Positions 1-14,296 of a stretch of 60,220 bases of DNA are shown in pieces. The stretch spans positions 1,240,001 through 1,300,220 of the forward strand of contig BCGN01000008.1 of the NCBI GenBank assembly GCA_001599295.1, written 5' to 3'. The stretch is from Sporopachydermia quercuum (taxonomy: Eukaryota). A program made the translations under genes and the position numbers. Below the pieces are notes generated by a model. That model had not been told where the DNA came from. It saw nothing but the letters and a program-made list of their open reading frames with translations, and searched no databases. Numbering within the stretch: position 1 is the first letter of the stretch; each line of letters starts with the position of its first letter.

Positions 1-1171
1 CTTAAAGTATATAATACTTTGAACACCACTTCTACCTCGGTTAAAATTTTCTCTTTTAAAGTTTCATTAATTAGCTCTCTAGACAACTGACTAACTGAAA
101 ACGGCAACGGTATTTCATTCACACTCAACAGCCAACACTATACTTCACCCACTTCACCAGTTTTATATATAACTTTGCACTCAAAATTTCAAAGCCTTAA
201 TAAAGCATTTACAAGTAATCATCTAGTACGCTCGTCACAAATTTCAATTATCAGTTTTTCCACCAACATCACCTTTTCATTTTGTCCCACATCACTCCTT
301 CTTGCCTCATGCAAGTTTCCTGCATCTAACTGTTTCCCTACGTCTATCTTGCATATATTCCTTTTATGGATATATCCCACTTTTTACCGCGTCCCCATTT
401 TTTGCATCGTCTGGTAGAAGGTAAAAAAAAGTTAATACTTAATTAAATATCTGATATCAAACATTTGTTTACCTAGAATATTGTCATTTCCGTGCGGTAA
501 ACAAACCACTTACATTCTGTAAAGAGAACTTACATGAATAGCTAACTGAATTATAAATCCCACCACTGGAAAGCTGTTTTATCAGTCACTAGTTATAGAA
601 ACATTCAACTTTTGGTTATCTATTGTTGATAGTAAGGCATCCAGGCAGCGAACAAAGTAATACGATAGATTTTTCTAGTAAATCTCAACGCAGGATTTAG
701 CGTATAATTCAGGATTCTATTAGGACTATCAATTGGGCATTCCAGCAGATTTTCCAGCTTTCAGAGGTAGATTTCACAGTTTTGACTCACTTGGGAAGAA
801 ACCGGTCTGTAATCGTCATTTCACATATTAGAGAGCCCAAAGGTGGTTTCAATTATCAACAGAACGAGAGTAAATTGCTATCATCAGCCAGCAAAAAATA
901 GGACAAAAGCTCTCATATTGCTATTGGAAGAGTATCTTTCCTCTCTATCCTTCCGTTCCTTTTTTTGCTGCTTAGCTTTTCAATTTCCAGTCTTGAATCG
1001 TTTCTATCAATCGCGTGACAGAAAATCTGACAAATACGACATCGAACAGGACTATTACATAGAAATCACGGCCAAGAAGCAGAGAGTGAACCAAATTACC
1101 TTTCAGAAATCTTATACTTCCAAATACAAGTCTTAGGTAAACTCAACTAGATATAAGTATAATGTTTCATC

Positions 1172-1738
1172 ATGACTAGAACTGATATCAACTTACCATT
1201 CAACTCAACAACTCTCTATTCATCCTTGACATTTATGATCCTCCGTTACAGCGAATTGAATCCCTTGGGATTATCACCATACGTATCTTCGGTGCTATTT
1301 GCTGGCTCGGTATCGATAATAACTTGCTGCCGCACGTTATATAAAATGTTCCAGCCCCCAGAAGTATCAGGCTACGATAAGACAATATCTGCTAACAGAA
1401 GATTTCTTGCTCCAGTACTAATTTTGGCTGAATTGATGGATTGGTTTAAAGTCAATTTCTATATTTTGCTGCTTCGATACTTTTGGGATGATAAGTACAG
1501 GCTTATAGTTGATTTATTCTACAAGATAAAGGGCCATTTGGATGGTAGATATGAGATTTTACTAGATGGGATTAAATACGAGGAGTGGTCAATGAAGCTT
1601 TTAGAAGGATATGAGGATTTGATAACACGATTAAGGACATCGCAGCAGATATTGCAAGTTTATGAAGTGGTGAAGAAGATGCAGGAGAGGTTCAGTCAGT
1701 ACGAGAAGATAGTTGAAAGCCTTAGGGGTAAAAGATAG
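1172..1738 (+). CDS. Hypothetical protein, 188 aa
   Basis: ATG-initiated 188-codon ORF in AT-rich DNA; hydrophobic N-terminal segments and a helical, charged C-terminus; no family motif recognised. Confidence 0.45.
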   Translation: MTRTDINLPFNSTTLYSSLTFMILRYSELNPLGLSPYVSSVLFAGSVSIITCCRTLYKMFQPPEVSGYDKTISANRRFLAPVLILAELMDWFKVNFYILLLRYFWDDKYRLIVDLFYKIKGHLDGRYEILLDGIKYEEWSMKLLEGYEDLITRLRTSQQILQVYEVVKKMQERFSQYEKIVESLRGKR

Positions 1739-4220
1739 GCGGTAAGAGGTGGAATTCCTTAGAATGTGTATGATAAGTGAGAGTAGCGGTCTGGGAACAG
1801 GAAGCTGAATAGGAATGTTGAACGGGATTTGTTCAAACCTGTTAGTGTCAACTGATGAACATGGTGATTGTCCTGCTAGTTATCCTTCTTACTATTGTAT
1901 TGATTATTTTAATGGTCCGCTTGTTGCTATTACCTGAACAAGGAAGAATATACTCAAATCACCTTCAAATAGTCGTATTATCCTGCACTACTAAGACTCC
2001 TCTAGCGAAAGAAACTAGCGCTGAACTCCTTGGTGTGAGCGACCTCCGAAGAGAAAGCAACGAAGTATCTTTGAAAACAGGAGTGAACGGCCAATACAGT
2101 TATCTTATATTTGACCTCTGAACGAAACGAGAACTAACTAAGTTTATAACTTCCAATACCTCCTATTAGAAATTTTGCGCCTGATGAACTAGCGAAAAAT
2201 CGAATGATGCTATTGAACATGCGATCAATTGGAACCTAAATATTAGAATAACGAGAATACAGAGAAGAGCACCCAAACTTTAGTACACAATTTTGAGAAG
2301 TTGCTGTTAGTCGGCAAACTGTGATGGCCAATGAAGACAATACTGTTGAGTAATTGGAAGTCACCAAAAATTGGAACACNAAGTCAATCAAACCTGTTAA
2401 TTGTTAGTTTGACTATTCCAGCTTCAATTGAAGTTCACAGTACTCAACACATCAAATGTAGATTATAGATTATGCTATTTTCTGGCTCCTTTATCTTTTG
2501 CTTCATCTGAATCGTCAGACTCGGGTCTATGTCGCTATCATTCTCCTAACTATCACAGTTGAGTAATATCAAAGCAACTTCCATATATGTTAAGACAAGA
2601 ACATTGCCCGTTTTACGCGGTTTGTGTATACTGAACTGAACTGGCCGTTTAAGAGAAAGAGGGAAGGACGGCAGGTTAGTTTTTCTCTCTTTATTTGAAG
2701 AATTGATTTGTCAATGGGATGGTTGGTGGTTTATTACTGTAAGGAAGTCAGTCTATAACCTTGGCGGAATATTTAATAAGGTAGAAATAGGGAGAAATAA
2801 GAATTGACAACTATTGTATTTATGGTCAATGAACCCAATAGTTATCCATCGTTTGGCCACATATCCATGAATACCGTTTGAGAGAAGGTTATGTTTCCTT
2901 TAACAATCAACTAAGTCTTGTCATTTCACCACCTGGCGATAGTTATGACCGTCTTGTATATCATTCGAAGAGCAATGACTCCCTTATTTGCTCACTGATC
3001 TTGTTCTAAGTTAATGATAAGCTCGAGTTTGTTATTGTTATGTTGTTTAACCTATTGGTAGTTCTTCTAAGTATATTTTGATATTTCTACACTTGATCCG
3101 ATCCCGCTATATAAATAGAAAGGTTATACCAGTAATATATTTCTACGTTGAACACACAATGGAAGATGGAAGATTGAGAACAGTGAACCTAGTTGAGGAA
3201 CTCCTGCTGAAGAATAATTATTAAAGCGGGAAACAGTTTCATTTTCCCTGAAAGAAGGAACCCTTCTGAAACCTCCTGATATTGGTTACCTTTCAAGAGT
3301 TTTTCTATTGGCTCTAGTAGCCCACGGGATTTATTTGTAGGGATTCCAACAGCATCCGTTGTGCCATGATAGTTTTTGATGATCTTTCTCTTGTTCTTTT
3401 TCTTGTTCTTTCGTTTACAGGAATCTTTGATCAAACAAGAATAATGTAATCACCAAATTATATGATACATTTCTATTATACATAAATACATTAATAGCAA
3501 CAACTAATAATCAAAATAAAATCATAAACTAAATACATATTAAAAAAAAGATAAAATAGGAGAAAAAGAGTAGAATTGTACATTAACAAGAAACAAAAAA
3601 TAAATCAAAAGAGAAAACGAGTGAATAACCACGAAAAATTCGGTTGATAGAAACAGAAGAATAATAATAGTAATTCACGCAATTTCATTGATTTGCTGGT
3701 TGATAGATTAAAGCGGCCTGAGTATAATTTGACTGCAATCAGCGCATTTGCTGTTACTGTTATTATTAAAATAATCCTTGCCTGTATTATAGTAACTAAT
3801 ACCTGATAACTGAATATTTTATGATTCATCATTGCTAAGCGAAAGGAAAGAATTGGGCTGATTCAGATTCAGGTTGGATAATCAATTCTGAAAAAGATTG
3901 GTAATAGCAGAAGCAACAGCTACTAATCAGAGACGATTTTTCACAATCTGTAAGAACCTGAATGAACAGAAAAAGTAGTGATTGCTGTGATTACCGTATT
4001 TTAGTTGATGATATTGATACAACAACAGTATCACGCTTTAATGTGATGTTCTAATACATTATTGTAGCTCAGTGTTTATACCTAGAGGACAATCGTTGCA
4101 ATTCAATAAACGGCTTCCTTTGAGGAATTTGGCCAACAAATCCTGACAGTTTGGTCCATCAATTACTAACAACCAACACAGATCAATCCGCCATCTATAA
4201 ACCTCTTACATCCATAACAT

Positions 4221-7200
4221 CTAAACTTCTCTACTCATTTCGCCACCTTTAATCAAATCCTCGACTTTCAGCTTCTTTCTACCAATATCATCAGAATAAA
4301 ACTTGCCTTGGCTTAAAGCACCAAGCGTTAAAGCCCCCAAAGTTAATTCATGACCACCAATGCTACTTCTTCGTCTCCTTGCAGGATGATCCTTCATACT
4401 TTCCATCGGAGGTTTAAGCAGTAGATTTGGAGGAGGCAAATTACTGGTTAGTCCTACTATTGAAGAAGAGCTGATATCAGTTGAGGTTCTTGATGAATTG
4501 GCTGTTGTTGCTGCGGTGCTATCACCTGTACTCATGTTATTACTTCCACTGCCGTTACTGCTGCTATTACTACTTCCATTGCTATTGCTACTTGTTGACA
4601 ATCCACCATTAACCTTCCCATCGTTATCATCATCATCGTCATCAAGAATAGCCATTTCAGTATCATTGTCTGCTTGTTCATGTGCTAACAACGTACTTAT
4701 AACATTCTTGCGAACCAAGTCATTCACACCACTGTTAGTCCTACTCGTATGTTTGCTTGATCTTCTGGAAGGATTAGAATTAACACTAGTATTGGCATTA
4801 TTGGTATTAACACTGACACTACCATCTCTCTCTCGTTGAGAGGAGTTTTTTCTATCATCATCATTACGGTATAAAACATCCTTTGGAATCAACTGCAAAT
4901 CGTCCAGTTTCTTTCTCATCAAACTTTCCCGCTGTCTTGCAGCAGCNTCCATTGCTTCCAGTTCCATAATCCGGGTTCTGTAAAGATCATTGACGAGTTC
5001 TAACTCGCTTATACGTGTTTTCAGCTGCTGGATTTCTCCGTCGAATTCGATTTTCACGTTGGCGTTCACGTTTGACTGTAAGCTGTTGCTGTTGCTGTGA
5101 GTGTCGAGCATAGATAGGCTGGATTCAATAGAGGGAAGTCTTGTGTTTGGCTGTTGGATGGACTGTAGCGCATGCAGTTTGATGTCCTCGGTGGAGTTCG
5201 GATTGAAGTTGCCCCCGCCGTTGCTTTTCAGACTGAGAATTGACGGGTTGCTTAAGGAGAACTGAGGGCCAAAGCTTGGCGAAGTGGCTACAGCCAACGG
5301 ATGCTGATGAGAGGTTCCCGTAGAAGTCTCGCTGCTGTTTCCATTGCTATTGTAAGGTCTTAAACCTGGAGAGGTTCCAGATGCCAGTGCGGAAGCAGGC
5401 GAGACAGGGTCCCCTTGACTGTTATGGCTGCCGTTGCTTCCGTTAGGCAAAACAGGAGAAGCAGCTTGGGAACCAAATTTGGAATGCGACCGCGAGGGTA
5501 ATAAAGGCTGCTGTTGCGGCTTCAACGGCTGAGGATGCTGCCTAGTATCTGACTGTTGGTACGCCGTCATGTAAGGAGATGCTGGCTGGTCCGTGCTGGA
5601 GAGTTGATCCAGCACTGTAGGAGGTCCGTTGATGATAGTGTTGGAGAGTTTGCCATTGGGGTTCATAAGGGAGGCGGAATGATGGTGATGCTGATGCTGA
5701 TGGTGCATGCTCTGCTGATTCATTTGCTGCTGTTGCTGCTGCTGCTGCTGGTGGTTCAGATAATGGCCTTGGCCTGAGTGCTGGACCATTCCTTCCATAG
5801 CTGCTGTCATACGTGGTGTAGTTGATAGTAGCAACGGCGACGTCACCGACTGCAATACTGGGGATTGAATGCTGCCGGACGATCCACTGGTGCCACTGCC
5901 GGACGATCCTCCTTGCAAGCCGTTAGAACTACTGGCGTTGGTAGTGTTGGTGCCCGTTGTAGATCCTGCGTCGCCCGAATGGTTCAGCAGGGAATGATTG
6001 ATCTGGGCCCAATTGCCAGCTTGCGCTTGCATCAAAGGTGAATTCTGAGACATCGCATAAGGACTAGGAAGCGACTGCACCGTTGCGTTAACTAACGGTG
6101 ATCCTGCAAAGCGATGGCTACCAATGGCTGATCCCTGTTTCCCGAGCATTGGCATCAGCTGTGGTGATAGATATTGTGCGCCAGAATCAATAGGGGAGTC
6201 CATAATACTACTACTGACATTATCAGCACCGTTGTTATTTAGGGCAGGAAGCATTTGGGGAGTCGTTGATGCTGCTTGGCCTTGCTGATTACTGTTTAAT
6301 TTACCATTCAATGTATTTTCAGACCCTGAGCGGGAAACGTTTGATGATCCTTGGGCTCCAGAGCTTCCAGCTTTAACAGAATCCTTGCTGGATTTCCTGC
6401 CGACTTGGTAGTTCTTGGAAGAGAATTTGATTGTGTGCATTTCACCTTCGCCGTGGCTTGAGTTAAAGTTTTTCGCCGAGTTTCTCTTCTTCCCTGATCC
6501 TGGCCGGGCCCCAGTGGGCGTAGTGTTCCCACTGGATTCCTTTGAATGAGATCCATTGCTTGAATGTTTGGCTCTGTTTCTGCTTTTTATAACGTCAGTC
6601 TTAAGGCTGATAGGTCTGGGTCGACCATGAAGCTTTAGAAACAGTCCGCAAGCATTACAGAGGACCTGACCAGACTCGTCTCTTCTCCAAAGAGGAGTTG
6701 TTGATGTTTTGCAGTTTTTACATACAGGAACGCCGGTTGAGCCGTTCGGTGAGCTGGGGCCGTTGGAGGAAGTTAGCGACGAAGGTCTGAAAGCAGTTTT
6801 CACTTGCTGGGTTGAAGGTGTCGAGGAGGAAGAGGAAGAGGACGAGGAAGAGTTTGGAGGAGAAGCTGAAGTACTATCCTCGTTTGGTTGGCTATCCTTG
6901 GCTTGCATAGGAATAGACGTGGAAAACTTATCGTCAAGAGGTTCTGTTTGCTGAGCTCCAGACGATAGGCCATCAGCATTAGCTGCTGGTTTACCTCCAG
7001 AATTCTCCTTCTCGTTATCTGGTTTCTGGTTGCTTGAATCTTCCTCTGATTGTTCCATTCTAATATCACCATCCAGTTCAAATGTCGATTCGGCATTAGT
7101 GCTTTTGCTATTATTGTTATCAGTAGCGTCAGCAACTATAGATGTATATGTAGATGTATCTTTTCTGGCACCTTTGCCATTCCTATTAGTAGCAGCAACA

Positions 7201-7277
7201 GGTTGATTATCAATTGACCCTGCAGTTGACTCGGAAGCTAATGCTACCGCTGAAACGTTTATTGGACGAAAGGACAT
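4221..7277 (-). CDS. GZF3: GATA zinc-finger transcription factor, Gzf3/Dal80/AreB repressor type
   Basis: [54 protein letters not shown] finger plus the leucine zipper [23 protein letters not shown] typical of Dal80/Gzf3/AreB; the rest is S/N/Q low-complexity sequence. Confidence 0.9.
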   Translation of the reverse strand: MSFRPINVSAVALASESTAGSIDNQPVAATNRNGKGARKDTSTYTSIVADATDNNNSKSTNAESTFELDGDIRMEQSEEDSSNQKPDNEKENSGGKPAANADGLSSGAQQTEPLDDKFSTSIPMQAKDSQPNEDSTSASPPNSSSSSSSSSSTPSTQQVKTAFRPSSLTSSNGPSSPNGSTGVPVCKNCKTSTTPLWRRDESGQVLCNACGLFLKLHGRPRPISLKTDVIKSRNRAKHSSNGSHSKESSGNTTPTGARPGSGKKRNSAKNFNSSHGEGEMHTIKFSSKNYQVGRKSSKDSVKAGSSGAQGSSNVSRSGSENTLNGKLNSNQQGQAASTTPQMLPALNNNGADNVSSSIMDSPIDSGAQYLSPQLMPMLGKQGSAIGSHRFAGSPLVNATVQSLPSPYAMSQNSPLMQAQAGNWAQINHSLLNHSGDAGSTTGTNTTNASSSNGLQGGSSGSGTSGSSGSIQSPVLQSVTSPLLLSTTPRMTAAMEGMVQHSGQGHYLNHQQQQQQQQQMNQQSMHHQHQHHHHSASLMNPNGKLSNTIINGPPTVLDQLSSTDQPASPYMTAYQQSDTRQHPQPLKPQQQPLLPSRSHSKFGSQAASPVLPNGSNGSHNSQGDPVSPASALASGTSPGLRPYNSNGNSSETSTGTSHQHPLAVATSPSFGPQFSLSNPSILSLKSNGGGNFNPNSTEDIKLHALQSIQQPNTRLPSIESSLSMLDTHSNSNSLQSNVNANVKIEFDGEIQQLKTRISELELVNDLYRTRIMELEAMXAAARQRESLMRKKLDDLQLIPKDVLYRNDDDRKNSSQRERDGSVSVNTNNANTSVNSNPSRRSSKHTSRTNSGVNDLVRKNVISTLLAHEQADNDTEMAILDDDDDDNDGKVNGGLSTSSNSNGSSNSSSNGSGSNNMSTGDSTAATTANSSRTSTDISSSSIVGLTSNLPPPNLLLKPPMESMKDHPARRRRSSIGGHELTLGALTLGALSQGKFYSDDIGRKKLKVEDLIKGGEMSREV
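5724..5750 (-). repeat. CAG/CAA tract encoding Q9 in the GATA factor
   Basis: ttgctgctgttgctgctgctgctgctg on the + strand; QQQQQQQQQ in the protein. Confidence 0.85.
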
Positions 7278-7711
7278 ATTTGATATGAATTAAGAACAAG
7301 ACTGCTGTATTTAAGATATCCTTTGAAACAATTGCACTGCCTTTGCTAATGAGGCATATAGTTCACTTATATCACTTCACTCATATAAACCAGTAGCGGT
7401 ATGGTGAACTTGGTGTGTGTATTCAGATAGCAAAAATAGACATATATTTGCTATTAATGCAATACGATAGATACAATGCAATACAATACAAAACAATATG
7501 CTGCCAATGCCGGTTTCAATGCAATATAATGTGTCACGATAATATCAAAGAAAATTGTAAAAGCTGCACCTGTGGTTANAGATGTAGCTGTAGTCGTAGA
7601 TGTAATTATACTTGTTATTGTTAACCTGTTGGTAACCTTCTGTGATGTAGTGATATAGTTAGGAGTTAAGAGAATACAATACAATCCAATAAACTAACTC
7701 ACTCATTCACT

Positions 7712-8298
7712 GATAAGTGCCAACTGATAAACTGATCAACACAGTAATAAATATCCTGTTAAACTGATAAGGATAAATGCTGGTAGTCTATAGTAATATT
7801 TTCTTCTTTCTGGTTAAATCAATACTAATATCACCAATTGCTACTGTATAAATCTCCTAAAGATGTACTCCTTGGATACCACATTGATACTTTCCTGCTG
7901 ACCAGGTTGTAGATTTTTTTCACTCGAGATAAGATAGTGGAAGACCAGAGATAGCAAGTTCTGATAAAACAAATTTTTTCGTCCACTCTGATATAGGACG
8001 AATAGTAAGGAATAAGGNAAAGATGGGACGATGGAAGAGGGTGTTGTCCGGTAAGTGGGAGATGGCTCAAGACAAATAAATGTCCGAGGGGGTGGAGGGA
8101 GATATATGGTTGAACAGGAGTCAAACTGGAGAGTTGATAGGACAGATTTATGAGAGTTGGAATAAAAAATGCAGTCAAAGAACAAAGTGAACGGCGGTTC
8201 GGTAGGGTCAGGATATTTGATCGGTTGAAAGTTGTCGTTAAGGGTATTATGGCAAAGATCTTATACTGATTTAATTAGTTCAGACTGAGTAAGATAAG
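7712..8298. promoter_or_regulatory. Cluster of GATAA(G) elements upstream of the GATA-factor gene
   Basis: GATAAG at 7712, 7766, 7928 and 8293; GATAA at 7726, 7772 and 7963. Four sites fall within 65 bp (7712-7776). Confidence 0.6.
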
Positions 8299-10764
8299 GA
8301 AAGTGGACGGACAATTAATTTTGATGAAGTGATCAATAATTCTGATTAAGAGGTGAATATGGAATTTAGGTTTGATCAAAGCACAGACAAGAGTGGCTAC
8401 CACAAAGAACCAGTTGTTTGTTATTGATAATGAGAAATTGCTGATTAGTTAATGGGATAGTAGCACTCATTGAGTACTGATATGATGTCTTTTTCTGTTT
8501 GAAGTGTTGACATACAATGTCAAAGGCTCCCGACGGTATGGAATTCTCACCAGCAGGAACCCATTAAAAGGGCAAAAGGAGTTGATTCTCAACCAAATGT
8601 CCGGATAGCCAATTANTGGGACATGTATCGTATCAATGATTTGATCTGAAAACTGTGAAAAGAGGAATGATGAACAAGTAACAGTTAGGAACAACGAGAG
8701 TTTTAGCAAACAAAGCATTTATTTATATATGGATCTACAGTATACTAGAACAATATCTTCAGCAAGTGTTTACCTATCTAACGTATTTGTATATAGTTAA
8801 GAAACATGAGTGAAGAATCCAGATCAATCAGGCACAGACAATCAGGGACAGATATGCTAATAAGATTTACTGAATAAAATAAAAGAGCGATGAGATATGA
8901 CAAGTAAAAAACCAAGAGAAAGTAATTTGCATGACATGCAATTTTAGACCGGTCAGACATTTGGAAGACAATAAGAACGCGAATCTGGCATAGATAACGA
9001 TATTCTACTGGAGCCAATAAGTGCATTCTATTTAAGTAACTAATAATGTTGCACAATAACGAAAAAATATTACCCATTTGTTATTCCTTGTTATTTAATA
9101 CAGTTTCTAGCTTTTAATATGGGCATTATTTTCGTCTCGACTCAGGTGGAACTATAAAATATGAACACTCACTCATTATCCGCTGACCACTCAGACTTTC
9201 AATCAGAATTCCTGATATGCTTTTCCTCTGATCATATCGTTGATCAGAAAAGATTTATCGAGAAATCCTTTGAAGAAAGTCATCGGTTGTAACAATTCAT
9301 TGATTTACAACTCTAATACTCTAATAATTGTTCAGTACCAATTCAATCACACACATACTCACTCACTCACGTTACATCCTTATTGTCTTCCAAATATCTG
9401 ACTGACTGGCATTCATTACACCTATTCTTATCACTTTACANCCTCACTCTCATTTTATTCATCTACCCAATTATTGGGTACCCGAAATAATACTCAACTA
9501 TGGAAAATCCCACCAAGAGCCATGATTCATGATCATCCAATGTTCTCTTATTGTTAACCACCCAGCTATCAAGTCAAATAATTTTCTTTCCATAATTTTT
9601 CACTTTTTCCTCTTTCAGTAAATATGCCTTGTCACGGACATGTCCGACATTCCTCCCTGTCATGTTTGTCCAATCTTATTCTCCGGCGTAGTTTACAGCA
9701 CAAGGTGAAAGTCTTGTGACTCGTATCATAAGTCAACATCCATTTCCTCCCATTACCCGGCTCTGATACCCCATATAAAAATATGAAAAACTTACGGCCA
9801 CCTCATTTTAAACTTTATGTCCTACAGNCCAACATTTAGAGTTCGGTTATCATCATAAAAATTTTATATAAATAAACCGCAGATCCCCTTTCTCTTATCC
9901 GCGTTTCAATATTTTTGTTTTACTTGTTTTCTTAAATGTCACACCTGTTTGTTGTTTCCATTTTAGGCGTGTCGCAGTTATCCTTCTTTTCAATAGTCCA
10001 GTATTAGTGATAACGTAATCAATTATTGATTATTACTAATACTTGTACAGGGCATCTTTATTATATGATACTGACAAGTGTATTATCAATTATCATTTGA
10101 TCACCACATTGTATTACACTGTTGGTGTTTGTTTGATGAAGTGCAAAGTTCCTAATCAAACATCTACTGATTCATTGAAGCCGAATCTTGAAAAAGTGTT
10201 TATATTGGTAAAACAGAAGTTACGTTATCACTTTTGATAACTACTGTTTAATTGCTTACGCAGGCAGGGTCATCACCCAGAAGGTCAAATATATCGCCAA
10301 CTAACTTCTTCCAGCGTTCAATCAGTGAGCTTGTTTAGACCTTTCATTAGGAACTTTCATATCTATTATCGCAACTCAACTACTACTATAATTAGCGTTC
10401 TCACTAATAGTAGGACACTTTTGTCTGCTCTTCATTTCATTTATTCAACATAGACAGATCACATTGACATCTTGTTGAGAGAGTAAAATTGGATTGTATC
10501 AAAAGAAAAGTTGCCACTCGATTGAATGTTCACAATCAACATTCTTGTATATATTGTATCCTTAAATAATACCTAACTGTATTGTTCAATTCAGCTCTTT
10601 TAACTCTTTGTTACCAAGTTGTGTTGTGTTGTGTTAATTTGGTTTTGTTCAGTCTGATTTTAATCTCATTTCATTCCAACCATATTCGCATTACCTGGTA
10701 ACTGTTGTATTTTAGTCGTGTTTTCCTATATCACCATATCACATTTTAGTCTCACAGAGCAGAA

Positions 10765-12879
10765 ATGACGTCAGAAGAAGTTGAAAACAGTTCTCCTGTT
10801 AAGGATGAATCAACAGACAATGTAGGTCCACAGCCTGTTCAACAGAAAGAAGAAACTGCTGCGAATAGTTCAAATAAAGAAAGCAAAGAAAATACGGTCG
10901 ACAGTAATGGCAAATCACCTGATGATAGTGTTACATCAGAAGTGAAAACCGAAAATGGAACTGCTACGCTAAGCCAAGTAGATGATAGCCACCCAGCGGA
11001 CACTGATACTGATTCTGTGAAACAAGAATCCAATGGAAATGGTGAAGCTCCAGCTGAACAAACAACTGAATCAACGAACGGTACAGCTAATGTTGAACCA
11101 GACAAAGAGGATGAGAAGGATGTATCACCAAATTCAACGGAACCTTTACCTAAACACCAACAGAAACATATAATAAAAACCATCAAAGCAGTGAAACGTT
11201 TAAAAGATGCTGGACCATTTCTAGCTCCTGTCGATGCTGTAAAACTTAATATTCCTACATATCACGACGTTGTGAAGAATCCAATGGATCTTTCAACAAT
11301 GGAACGGAAAGCTGTAGAGGATAAATACTCTACAACTGATGAAGTCGTTGCTGACTTTAATCTAATGGTGGAAAATGCTGCATTGTTCAACGGGGCACAG
11401 TCAATTATCGCTCAAATGGCGAAAAATGTTCAAGCTTCTTTTGAAAAACATATGCTTCATTGTCCCCCTAGAGAACTGCCTGTTGCTCCTGCCCCAGATT
11501 CTGCTACTACCGCCATAAGTACTAAGGCTAAAGACGTTGAACTAAGACCTCCTTCGCAACGACGTCAACAATTAAGAGCCAGTGCTGCTGCCAATGTGCC
11601 TCCCGCTTCTACAACTACTTCTACGAATCAACCAGATCCTGAGGAACCTCCTACGAAGAAAAGCAGACGTTCTACTGGAGCCAAAAGTGATTCACCAGCT
11701 TTTGCTTTGCAGCCATCGGGAATTCCTACTATCCGCAGAGAATCCGCCGTTGATGGTAGACCAAAGCGGGAAATCCACCCTCCACGACCAAAAGATATAA
11801 TTTATGCTGATGTGAGGCCTAGAAAGAAGAGATTCGCAGCAGAATTGAAATTCGCGGGCCAGGTGATTAAAGAGCTCCTCAACAAGAAGTACGAATCTTT
11901 TTCATTCCCTTTCCTTCAGCCGGTTGATCCTGTAGCACTGAACTGTCCTACATATTTCAATATCATCAAGGAACCAATGGATTTAAGTACCATTCAGAAA
12001 AAGTATCAGAACAACCAGTATGAACATGCAAAAGAATTCGAGGCTGACATTCGCTTGATGTTCAACAACTGCTATAAGTTTAACCCTGAAGGCTCTCCAG
12101 TTTATATGATGGGCAAACGATTAGAAGCTGTGTTTGATAAGAAATGGGTAGATCTACCAATCACTCCTCCAAGCCCACCACCTCAAGCAAAAGAAGTCAG
12201 CAGTGAAGAAGAATCCAGTGATGAGGATGAAGTAGATGAAGCAAGCATTAAAGTCAGTAATCAAGCTATTGAGTATTTGGAAAGACAGCTGGAAGTTATG
12301 AAGAATGAACTAGCTCGTATGAAGAAAGAACAACTGGAGCAAATTAAGAAGTCCAAGAAGAAGAAAACCAGTAAAGGAAAATCAAATGGTAGTTCTACCG
12401 GCGGTCGTAAGAGAAACTCTTCTGCTAACAATAGTAATTCTAATGGAAGAAGCAAAAAACATGAAGAAGTACATGTTTCTTATGATATGAAGAAAGAAAT
12501 ATCCGATAAGATAGCTGTATTACCAGAAAAGAAACTAAACACCGTTATAAGTATCATTCAAGCCGGCGTGCCAGACATCAATAAAAATGGTGACGAAGAG
12601 ATCGAATTGGATATGGATCAATTGGACAATAAGACTTTGTGGAAGTTGTATAATTTCGTTGTGAAGGACAACAAAGCTAACTCCACTGGAGGTAATGTAA
12701 AGAGGAGTGCTCCCGTTGCTAAGAAGAGGAGTCGTCATTTAACTAAAGCTGAAGAGAATCGTCAAATTGAAGAGTTGAAACAGAAACTGGCTCAGTTTGA
12801 GAATGCTGAAAAAGCTGGTGTTTCGGATTCCAGTGATGATGAAGATGATTTCAATGATTCTTCTTCTGAAGAGGAATAA
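10765..12879 (+). CDS. BDF1: BET-family double-bromodomain protein with ET domain
   Basis: Two bromodomains (PFLAPVDAVKLNIPTYHDVVKNPMDLSTM; PFLQPVDPVALNCPTYFNIIKEPMDLSTI...NCYKFN), the GRPKREIHPP linker, the ET domain (EEIELDMDQLDNKTLWKLYNFV) and an acidic SEED-like tail. Confidence 0.95.
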   Translation: MTSEEVENSSPVKDESTDNVGPQPVQQKEETAANSSNKESKENTVDSNGKSPDDSVTSEVKTENGTATLSQVDDSHPADTDTDSVKQESNGNGEAPAEQTTESTNGTANVEPDKEDEKDVSPNSTEPLPKHQQKHIIKTIKAVKRLKDAGPFLAPVDAVKLNIPTYHDVVKNPMDLSTMERKAVEDKYSTTDEVVADFNLMVENAALFNGAQSIIAQMAKNVQASFEKHMLHCPPRELPVAPAPDSATTAISTKAKDVELRPPSQRRQQLRASAAANVPPASTTTSTNQPDPEEPPTKKSRRSTGAKSDSPAFALQPSGIPTIRRESAVDGRPKREIHPPRPKDIIYADVRPRKKRFAAELKFAGQVIKELLNKKYESFSFPFLQPVDPVALNCPTYFNIIKEPMDLSTIQKKYQNNQYEHAKEFEADIRLMFNNCYKFNPEGSPVYMMGKRLEAVFDKKWVDLPITPPSPPPQAKEVSSEEESSDEDEVDEASIKVSNQAIEYLERQLEVMKNELARMKKEQLEQIKKSKKKKTSKGKSNGSSTGGRKRNSSANNSNSNGRSKKHEEVHVSYDMKKEISDKIAVLPEKKLNTVISIIQAGVPDINKNGDEEIELDMDQLDNKTLWKLYNFVVKDNKANSTGGNVKRSAPVAKKRSRHLTKAEENRQIEELKQKLAQFENAEKAGVSDSSDDEDDFNDSSSEEE

Positions 12880-14296
12880 TTATGATGGATTTAATAAGAG
12901 ATTTGGAATCAGATTTGATCTTTGGATACTGGGAAAGTGGTTGAAAGTGGTTGAAAGTAGAAGAAAAGAGGAGAGAAAAGATGAGATGATTTCGCAGATT
13001 CCAAAGCTGATAGTCAATTGACTGGAGCTGTCTGATCGTTTGTTAAATTGTAAGTTACTTCCTTCTTTTCTTTCTTTCGTTATTTCTTGGTTTGTTTACT
13101 CTGTTTTGGACTAATGCTTCAATGAGGGTTCTGTTGATAGGGGTTTTTTCTGATCCTTGCATTTCTTTTGGCATATTTTCCTTCTAGCTTGCAATTGTGT
13201 TTCTCTTGCGTGCTTTGTTTTATATTCTACTTTCAAGCTTTGAGTATTTGCTATCTCGATATGAAAGTATGTGTACTATATTATATTAATTAATTCAATG
13301 ACTAGATCAGCGATATTGCATTAACTTAAGAATGGTAGGTTGTAGAATGAGATGAAAAGAAGAGTAAGAAAGTGAGAATGATAATGATCAATATTGAATT
13401 AACTGATAAGATAATTATATGGCTGTCTTTATAGGTAGAAGAAGAGAGTTGATGTGTAATACTGCTGGCTTCCTTCATTTCTCTATCAAGATTCTCCTGT
13501 TGTTTGTTCGTTTGAGAATGATACGATGGTTTCTTTATAGTATCACATAATCATTAAACTCTAGTAAGTTGAAAGGTGTATTATCTTTCCGGTTACCTTT
13601 CTGATTACCTAATCATTCAACAACAATAGTTTTTACCCGATTTTAATTACGTATTTAATTAATATCACAAAATCAGTAAACGGTCTTCGTAATGACCGGC
13701 TTCCAATCCGAAAATTAAACACATGTAAACCACAATAAGTAAAGCTGACCCAATTCTTGGAATAGATTTCCGGTTCATTGGGAATCCCTTCATTGTATAT
13801 TATCAATAAAAGTGTGATGTTTAAACATCTCGGGTCATTTGTTGGCCTTGAGTCCGAATGTTTAAATTTCCAGAACAAAGTGTTATTTCAATTGTATATA
13901 TGTATAAGTATACAATAGTATTAGCAGCAAAAGCGTCACAGTCGACGAAGTCATAGTAGTCATAACTGTATGGTAACTACCGTCTGATCACACTACCAAT
14001 CAAACGACTGATCAATCAATCAAGTGTTGACAGTATTGCAAACCTGAGTAACAGCCTGATTGGANTTGCATTTTTGTCACTATTGCATGTGTAAATAAGC
14101 AAGAAATCAAACAAAGGAATCAACTAGCGATAAGCAAATTTCGAATAGGTAACACCTATGATAAGCAGTATATATTACAACTTACAGGACCATTTACTGT
14201 TCCCTCTAAACTATTAGATTATACTACAATCTGACACACGTATACAGAATTATCTATCTATAGATATACAGATCTTGTTCCCAGATTCAAGTAACC

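Noticed and set aside
1855..3832. Small ORFs of 75-88 aa
   Set aside because: No motifs, compositionally biased, and consistent with random ORFs in intergenic DNA.
4498..7135. Short ORFs overlapping the GATA gene, and similar ones inside other long genes
   Set aside because: Antisense or alternate-frame shadows of real coding and low-complexity sequence.
12933..12960. Short tandem GAAAGTGGTT repeat downstream of BDF1
   Set aside because: Under three copies in a 3' UTR; no supporting context.
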